A stretch of DNA of 64,000 bases from Sedimentisphaerales bacterium (GTDB taxonomy: Bacteria; Planctomycetota; Phycisphaerae; Sedimentisphaerales; SM23-30). Location of the stretch: positions 352,001 to 416,000 of the forward strand of contig CAXXFK010000028.1 of the NCBI GenBank assembly GCA_963663965.2, in the 5' to 3' direction. The translations under genes and the position numbers were made by a program. This document shows, piece after piece, positions 58,439-64,000 of this stretch; positions within the stretch are counted from its first letter, which is position 1, and every line of letters begins with the position of its first letter. The notes beneath the pieces were generated by a model that was not told the origin of the DNA, ran no database searches, and worked only from the letters and a program-made list of their open reading frames with translations.

Positions 58439-60394
58439 TTAATCACAAGACGATAATGGCGCCTTGCCGCATTCCAGCCAATCCAGCGCGAACAGGGCGT
58501 AATCGGCCAGATCGACCTTGCAGTCTTCATTAAAGTCGTTGGCGGGCAGTTCAACACAGATGACCGCGTCTGTGATGACATCGACATAAGATTGTGCTAC
58601 TTCATAGGCGTCCATAGCATAATTCTTGATCTGGATGTCATCCATAACGCCATTGAACAAGTAGGCCATGTCTCCTTGCAGATCACCGATATACATGGTT
58701 GCACTAGTACCGGTGGTCATCGTCATATTGGCCTGACCAGCCAGTTCGCCATTGATATATAATTGGCCAATTGTACCATCATGAGTTGCAACTATTTGCT
58801 GCCATTGGTTCATTTTCAAACCATCAGTAATATTAATAGCTGAGGGATATGTCAGCCAACGTAACTGGCCATTGGTATCCCGTCTTAAACCCCACAACAT
58901 GCCATCAGTGGCATAACTGTCGCGTTTACTGATCAGAGTCTGGATGGAGGAAGTAAGCCCGGCCCAATTGGTCCAGAGGCTGATGGTGATTTGACCGGTG
59001 ACTTCAGCAGGATTCCAGGTGCCGGCGTTAGCCCAGGCTTTCTGATCGCCAAATAGCACCGCACTATTGGGCAAGCCATCAATTCCTTCCACAAAAGTGG
59101 GTATGCCGTTGGGGTCGGCATGATGTTCAGAGCCACTAATATCTTTATACTGGCCATCAATATAATCGCCTTCATCAAGGGTCCAGTGAGCCAGAGTCCT
59201 TTTAACCAGAATTTTGGCAGATGTCGAAGCTGTTATGCCGACATCATTAGTAGCGACGCAATAGTAACTTCCTTCATCGGCAATCTCCACGACGATAGAC
59301 AAAGTATTGGTCCGGGCCCCAGTGATGTGATTCAGATCATCGGCTAATGCGAGATCCTCAATCTCATCATCCGGTAGTCCTGCATACCACTGATAGTTTA
59401 ATTCGCCACCCAGGCCCCCGGTGGTGCCGGCGATGGCATTCAATGTCGCCGTTTCGCCAACGAACATCCAGGCATCTTCAGGCTGGGTGCCCAGCGGTGG
59501 ATTGAAATCGGGAATGGTCTTAATTGTTTCGAAAGTCCAGACCACACCGGTGACAACCGAGCCATCATTGAGTTTCTCATCAACGCGCCAGTAATAGGTC
59601 GCATTGGCTTCCAGCGTTGGGCTAAACGTGGTGGGCTGGCCGGCAGGAATGACAAAGTTGGGGTCGACCAGCAGGGCCGGATTGGTATTAATGCGAATCT
59701 GATGCTCCACAATGCGAGGATCAGGGACATCACTATTATTGGGATCCCGCATCGGCTCAAATGAAAAAGGAGCGCTCAGGGTGACATTCGTTGCTCGATC
59801 CGTCGGCTGTGGTTTGTATGGCACAAATGCCATCTTATAGACGAGACCATCGTACCAGCTACGCTGGTTGTCAGCATCATCATCGATATACACTTTCAAA
59901 TTGCCAGCGCTATCGGCAAAACCAATGCCCATATTGCCTTCGTATTCGTCACGATTGCCATCGGCAGCTCCAGTAGCCACGCTGTTACTGAGACGACTGT
60001 ATCGAGCCAGTGTATCGGGGTAAAATCCGGCATAGACATGCCAGTCATCACTGGTCCCATTGGATGACCAGGTGATGACATAAATATGATAAGGTTTATC
60101 CGGATCCAAACCGGGAATAGTTGTTACCAGCATCGGAGCGTCAATTTGGCCGGTTTTGCTATCGGCTTCATAAATCGTACCTTCGTTTTCAAAACCACGA
60201 ATCATCCAGAGTTTTTGTGCGGTGGCAGTCGCTTGATCGGTAGAGGCGCCGAGCCCGCTGCCATCGGCCGCCTGGGTATTATCCACACTCGCGTCAAAAT
60301 AGGTTCCACTGTAAGTACTACCCGTATAGGCAAAGCCACTCGTTGCCGTCAGGAACAAAATCGAAAGGGTCAGAATTAATATCTGTTTGTTCAT
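58439..60394 (-). CDS. Secreted Ig + LamG + half-dockerin protein
   Basis: Start MNKQIL with AAGGAG RBS; TYYWRVDE, YQWY, YYCVATN, MDDIQI. Confidence 0.85.
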   Translation of the reverse strand: MNKQILILTLSILFLTATSGFAYTGSTYSGTYFDASVDNTQAADGSGLGASTDQATATAQKLWMIRGFENEGTIYEADSKTGQIDAPMLVTTIPGLDPDKPYHIYVITWSSNGTSDDWHVYAGFYPDTLARYSRLSNSVATGAADGNRDEYEGNMGIGFADSAGNLKVYIDDDADNQRSWYDGLVYKMAFVPYKPQPTDRATNVTLSAPFSFEPMRDPNNSDVPDPRIVEHQIRINTNPALLVDPNFVIPAGQPTTFSPTLEANATYYWRVDEKLNDGSVVTGVVWTFETIKTIPDFNPPLGTQPEDAWMFVGETATLNAIAGTTGGLGGELNYQWYAGLPDDEIEDLALADDLNHITGARTNTLSIVVEIADEGSYYCVATNDVGITASTSAKILVKRTLAHWTLDEGDYIDGQYKDISGSEHHADPNGIPTFVEGIDGLPNSAVLFGDQKAWANAGTWNPAEVTGQITISLWTNWAGLTSSIQTLISKRDSYATDGMLWGLRRDTNGQLRWLTYPSAINITDGLKMNQWQQIVATHDGTIGQLYINGELAGQANMTMTTGTSATMYIGDLQGDMAYLFNGVMDDIQIKNYAMDAYEVAQSYVDVITDAVICVELPANDFNEDCKVDLADYALFALDWLECGKAPLSSCD

Positions 60395-60456
60395 TATTAT
60401 TTCTCCTTGAGTATCAATCCTCAGTATAGTTTTAACTTTCAATATTGGCTTCACCG

Positions 60457-62418
60457 TTACAGACACCCGTTATCCGAAACGATATTACAATCGAGCCAAC
60501 TCTCTATCATTTCTACCAGGTCCATCAGATCGATCTGACAGTCATCATTGAAATCATACTGCGGTTTTTCCACACAGATGACAGTGCCGGGATTCTGGTC
60601 GATGAAGAGTTGAGCCACTTCAAAACCATCCAGGGCGTAGTTATATACCCGATAATCATCGATGGCGCCGATATAGAAATTTTGCAGAGTGCCCTGATTG
60701 TTATAAGCCCCTATGACCATGGCATTCTGCCAGGGATTGAATCCACTGATCGGAGCGTCCTGTTGACTGCTCAGAAGCTTACCATTGGCATACAGAGCGA
60801 CATCGCCGGTTTTGGCATCCCAGGTCACGACGATCATTTGCCACTGACCGTTGCGCAGATTGTCATTAGGCGCGGCAGCCAATCCGATTTGATTGTCCGC
60901 GCTATTGGCAACGACAAATCCCAGACTGTTGCTGCTGCTGAACTGCATACGGTAGCTGGTCGCATCGGGATCGGTATTGCGAGTACCGGTATAATAACTG
61001 GTACCGCTATTGGTCGTATTGATCCACATGGAAACAGTGCCGGCATCCAAACCTCCGCCCAGGTCGCTGTTGGGAGCGGCGTTAAGGCCCAGGTCGACTA
61101 CTTGAGTTCCATTCAGGCTGACCGCCTGGCCGATTTTTCCTTCAACATAAGTTGCGGCTGATAGAATGCCGTCAATATCGCCGACCATATCTTCCAGAGA
61201 ATTGTCAAAAGGATAATGAGCGATCAGACGTTTGATTACCAGGTTGGCTGCCATCGAATCAGTCGAGCCGGCATCATTGGTCGCCTGGCAATAATAGGTA
61301 CCCTGATCCGTTATAGCGGTGACGATTGTCAGCTCAGAGGTGGCCGCGCCGACGATATGGTCCGTTTCATCGATCAGGGGCGAACTGATATCTCCCGGTA
61401 GTCCGCGATACCATTGATAATTGATGTCCCCGCCTTCTCCCCCGGTGGTTCCGGCAGAGACGGATAAGACCGCATTGTTGCCTATAAAGGCGTACGCGTC
61501 CTGGGGCTGGGTGCCCAGCGGTTCGTCGAACGATGGCTTGGTCTTGATCGTTTCGAAAGACCAGACTAATCCGGTTATCGTATTGGGATCGTCTGCGGCT
61601 GAACCATTAATGCTCTCATCTAATCGCCAGTAATAGGTTTTATTGGCATCAAGCAGATATGGGCCTGATTCAATCGGGTCAGTCAGGTCGGCCACTGCTA
61701 CCATAGTAGCCAGGGCGAAATTGGGTTCATCAGGGACAATGTACAGATAATGTCCAGTGATAGCAGGATTAGGATCAACGGGATTGCTGATATTACGGCC
61801 CATCATCCAGCTGAACATAACGGACTTGTCCACATCCTTTGCGTTCTGAGCAGGATTTGGATTATAAGCCACTGGTGATGGAGCATACACTACACCATCA
61901 AACCAGGTACGGCCATAGTTGGGAATATCGTCAATATATACAGTAAGGTTTCCCTCAGCATCACTCGTTTTAGTTCCAAACATGGCTTCATATTCATTGC
62001 GATTACTTTCAACGGCCCCGGTTGCCCGGCCAGAAGTTTTACCATAGACGATCAGATTGTCCGGTTCAGTACCGGCCATGACCCGCCAATAACCTGGATC
62101 AGACCATTGAACAACATACAAATTGTAGGGTATTTGCGGGATCAGGCTGCCTATCGTCATAGCCAGCATAGGCTTGTCTCCCGTAGGACTGGCGCCGTTA
62201 GATTCCCAGATTCCGGCGTTGGCGTAAGCATCACGGAAACGCCATTTATCCGCCGTAACGCTGGTACTCCACCAATCAACAATGGGGTCTACCGGCGCGG
62301 TATTTATGGTAGACGCATCAACATAAGTACCACTGTAAACGCTCCCGTTGAATGCCAACGCCCCTTGTACCATACTCAGTACAAACATTAAGCATACTAA
62401 TAAAAATAATTTCTTCAT
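60457..62418 (-). CDS. Secreted Ig + LamG + half-dockerin protein, paralog of 58439-60394
   Basis: Shared YSGTY.DAS, EYE, VYIDD, WxDG, PLGTQP.DA and AGTTGG.GG blocks. Confidence 0.85.
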   Translation of the reverse strand: MKKLFLLVCLMFVLSMVQGALAFNGSVYSGTYVDASTINTAPVDPIVDWWSTSVTADKWRFRDAYANAGIWESNGASPTGDKPMLAMTIGSLIPQIPYNLYVVQWSDPGYWRVMAGTEPDNLIVYGKTSGRATGAVESNRNEYEAMFGTKTSDAEGNLTVYIDDIPNYGRTWFDGVVYAPSPVAYNPNPAQNAKDVDKSVMFSWMMGRNISNPVDPNPAITGHYLYIVPDEPNFALATMVAVADLTDPIESGPYLLDANKTYYWRLDESINGSAADDPNTITGLVWSFETIKTKPSFDEPLGTQPQDAYAFIGNNAVLSVSAGTTGGEGGDINYQWYRGLPGDISSPLIDETDHIVGAATSELTIVTAITDQGTYYCQATNDAGSTDSMAANLVIKRLIAHYPFDNSLEDMVGDIDGILSAATYVEGKIGQAVSLNGTQVVDLGLNAAPNSDLGGGLDAGTVSMWINTTNSGTSYYTGTRNTDPDATSYRMQFSSSNSLGFVVANSADNQIGLAAAPNDNLRNGQWQMIVVTWDAKTGDVALYANGKLLSSQQDAPISGFNPWQNAMVIGAYNNQGTLQNFYIGAIDDYRVYNYALDGFEVAQLFIDQNPGTVICVEKPQYDFNDDCQIDLMDLVEMIESWLDCNIVSDNGCL

Positions 62419-62596
62419 TCCAGAACCTCCGAAATTAAAGTGATTAAAAGGTATTAAGGACGAGTTGACACGCCGATACTCGCCAAGTGATTTGTTGATT
62501 AAAATTCGATTATAGTATCAAATCATGAAGTGTAATCCTCGCATCCAATATATAGTTTTCCAAATCCTTTAGACGGAATTTTTATTGTTTTGATCA

Positions 62597-63394
62597 TTAG
62601 GGCTCTAACAATTGGTAGAACTCACCAAAAGTTATCCAGCTGTTGGTTGGGCCATTTGATGTTGACCAGAATCTGGTTTCGTTAAACAATTCTTTCTTAA
62701 CGCAGAAATTGACATGACCATCCCCAAAGGCTGATCCCCAACCCAACGGCTCTTTTTTTGTATTCACGTGGGGACAAAATACTTTTTTACCCCATTCTTC
62801 AGCCTGTAATTGATCGCATAGCATAGCCTGATCTGCTTTGAGTTGTGCCTGATGCGTTGCAAGATAATTACGATAACTATTACTATTAAAACCTGACCAA
62901 TCCAGGGTATGACGTTTCAATGGGAAATAATGATAGGGGGTTCGAACGGCGGCTGTAAGCGCTGTTGCCGGTCCGGGTACATCAGGATCCAGACCCGGTA
63001 TTGTTCCCCATGGGCGCCCCGGGTTCGTCGTATAAGACTCATATTGCCAGGCATCACCGGTCTGAGCTGGGCAATAAAATACTTCGGGATCAGCAATATA
63101 TTTTTTAAAATATAAAAGTCCCAAATTCATCCATGTTCCATCACTGAAGCGTGCCCAACGTGTTCCAAAAGGATTGTCATAAAGGCCAATTTCATATAAG
63201 CGACCGTCATTATCAGCCATATAGGTTGTAAATCCCAGATAGTTCGAATGCAGATTACTGGTACAGACGCTTCGTTTGGCTTGCATACGGGCAGAACTGA
63301 GTGCCGGCATCAGAATCGCAACCAATAAGGCAATAATAGAAATTACAACTAGTAATTCAATTAATGTAAAACCAGTTCCCTTTTTATATGCCAT
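62597..63394 (-). CDS. Prepilin-type N-methylation / H-X9-DG-like protein
   Basis: [31 protein letters not shown]-terminal H…FGDGHV. Confidence 0.9.
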   Translation of the reverse strand: MAYKKGTGFTLIELLVVISIIALLVAILMPALSSARMQAKRSVCTSNLHSNYLGFTTYMADNDGRLYEIGLYDNPFGTRWARFSDGTWMNLGLLYFKKYIADPEVFYCPAQTGDAWQYESYTTNPGRPWGTIPGLDPDVPGPATALTAAVRTPYHYFPLKRHTLDWSGFNSNSYRNYLATHQAQLKADQAMLCDQLQAEEWGKKVFCPHVNTKKEPLGWGSAFGDGHVNFCVKKELFNETRFWSTSNGPTNSWITFGEFYQLLEP

Positions 63395-64000
63395 AATATG
63401 ATGCCCTTTTATTATAACAGAATTTTCATTGGGTGACCTTGATTATTCTTTTACTTCTTCTTATATCATAATATACATATCGACCGCGTGAAATGCACAA
63501 TAATGTCTAAATATTATACAATAGTAACTTTTTGTATTGTGATTAGATATGAAAAAGTGGCACAGAACATGAATAGTTTAATTCCTGTTCTGCACCTTCA
63601 ACTATAATTTATAATTGGAAGGAAAGTTGTAACCGTTTGTCAATGAAAAGATTATAGTGTAATCTGGTGATAGTGTGATGTTCCTGATAACGAAAGTATT
63701 TTTGTGTAAATGAGTACATGTCAGTAAGTTAACCAAAGGATAAACTTAAACGGTATCATCAATGTGCAAATGGATCATGATCCTCTTTTTGCCTTTATTC
63801 GCCTTGTGAGGGTAATGTATTTCTTGGATGATAATCACCATATATCAGTTTCTCTCTATCTAAATCTTTTATTGATAGGCGGATTTTGAACACAGTATTG
63901 GGCTCCGGGTTCCTGAAGTGGTTTTTATTTTAAAGAAACAGAGTCACTTTAAAAATCTGGATCATTATTGGGACCATTCATTCACGTCATATAACGTTAT

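Noticed and set aside
63395..64000. ncRNA or LacI-type operator in the AT-rich terminal region
   Set aside because: Only a weak partial palindrome (TGTAACCGTTT); nothing supportable from sequence alone.

Overview
The window looks like Planctomycetota DNA, most consistent with Phycisphaerae/Sedimentisphaerales. This is an inference from its prepilin-type H-X9-DG proteins, Rhodopirellula-type ECF/FecR pair and LamG/Ig/dockerin-like secreted proteins. From left to right: (1) 1-5.2 kb holds the 3' end of a GH92 alpha-mannosidase, aroA, a decayed nucleotidyltransferase module, a divergent insertion-bearing aroC and a CoA-binding protein. (2) 5.3-38.4 kb holds a GAF-GGDEF gene divergent from a ~31 kb flagellar cluster: MerR-HTH, a large TPR gene split at an A9 tract, flgN, a sensor-less kinase with a sigma54 regulator, flgBC-fliEFGHIJ-motE-like-fliK-flgDE-flbD-motAB-fliL-fliN-fliOPQR-flhBAFG-fliA. 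No fliM or flagellin is present. Candidate sigma54 and sigma28 promoters are readable. (3) 38.4-48.8 kb is accessory: a MITE, REP arrays, an AT-rich island, a frameshifted ISL3 inserted into a mosaic palindrome array, and an STGP(K/R)T-family gene. (4) 48.8-64 kb is a minus-strand glycan-utilisation-like locus whose secreted proteins share a four-cysteine half-dockerin C-terminal tag and recurring D-P-N motifs. All calls come from reading the sequence; no database searches were run.
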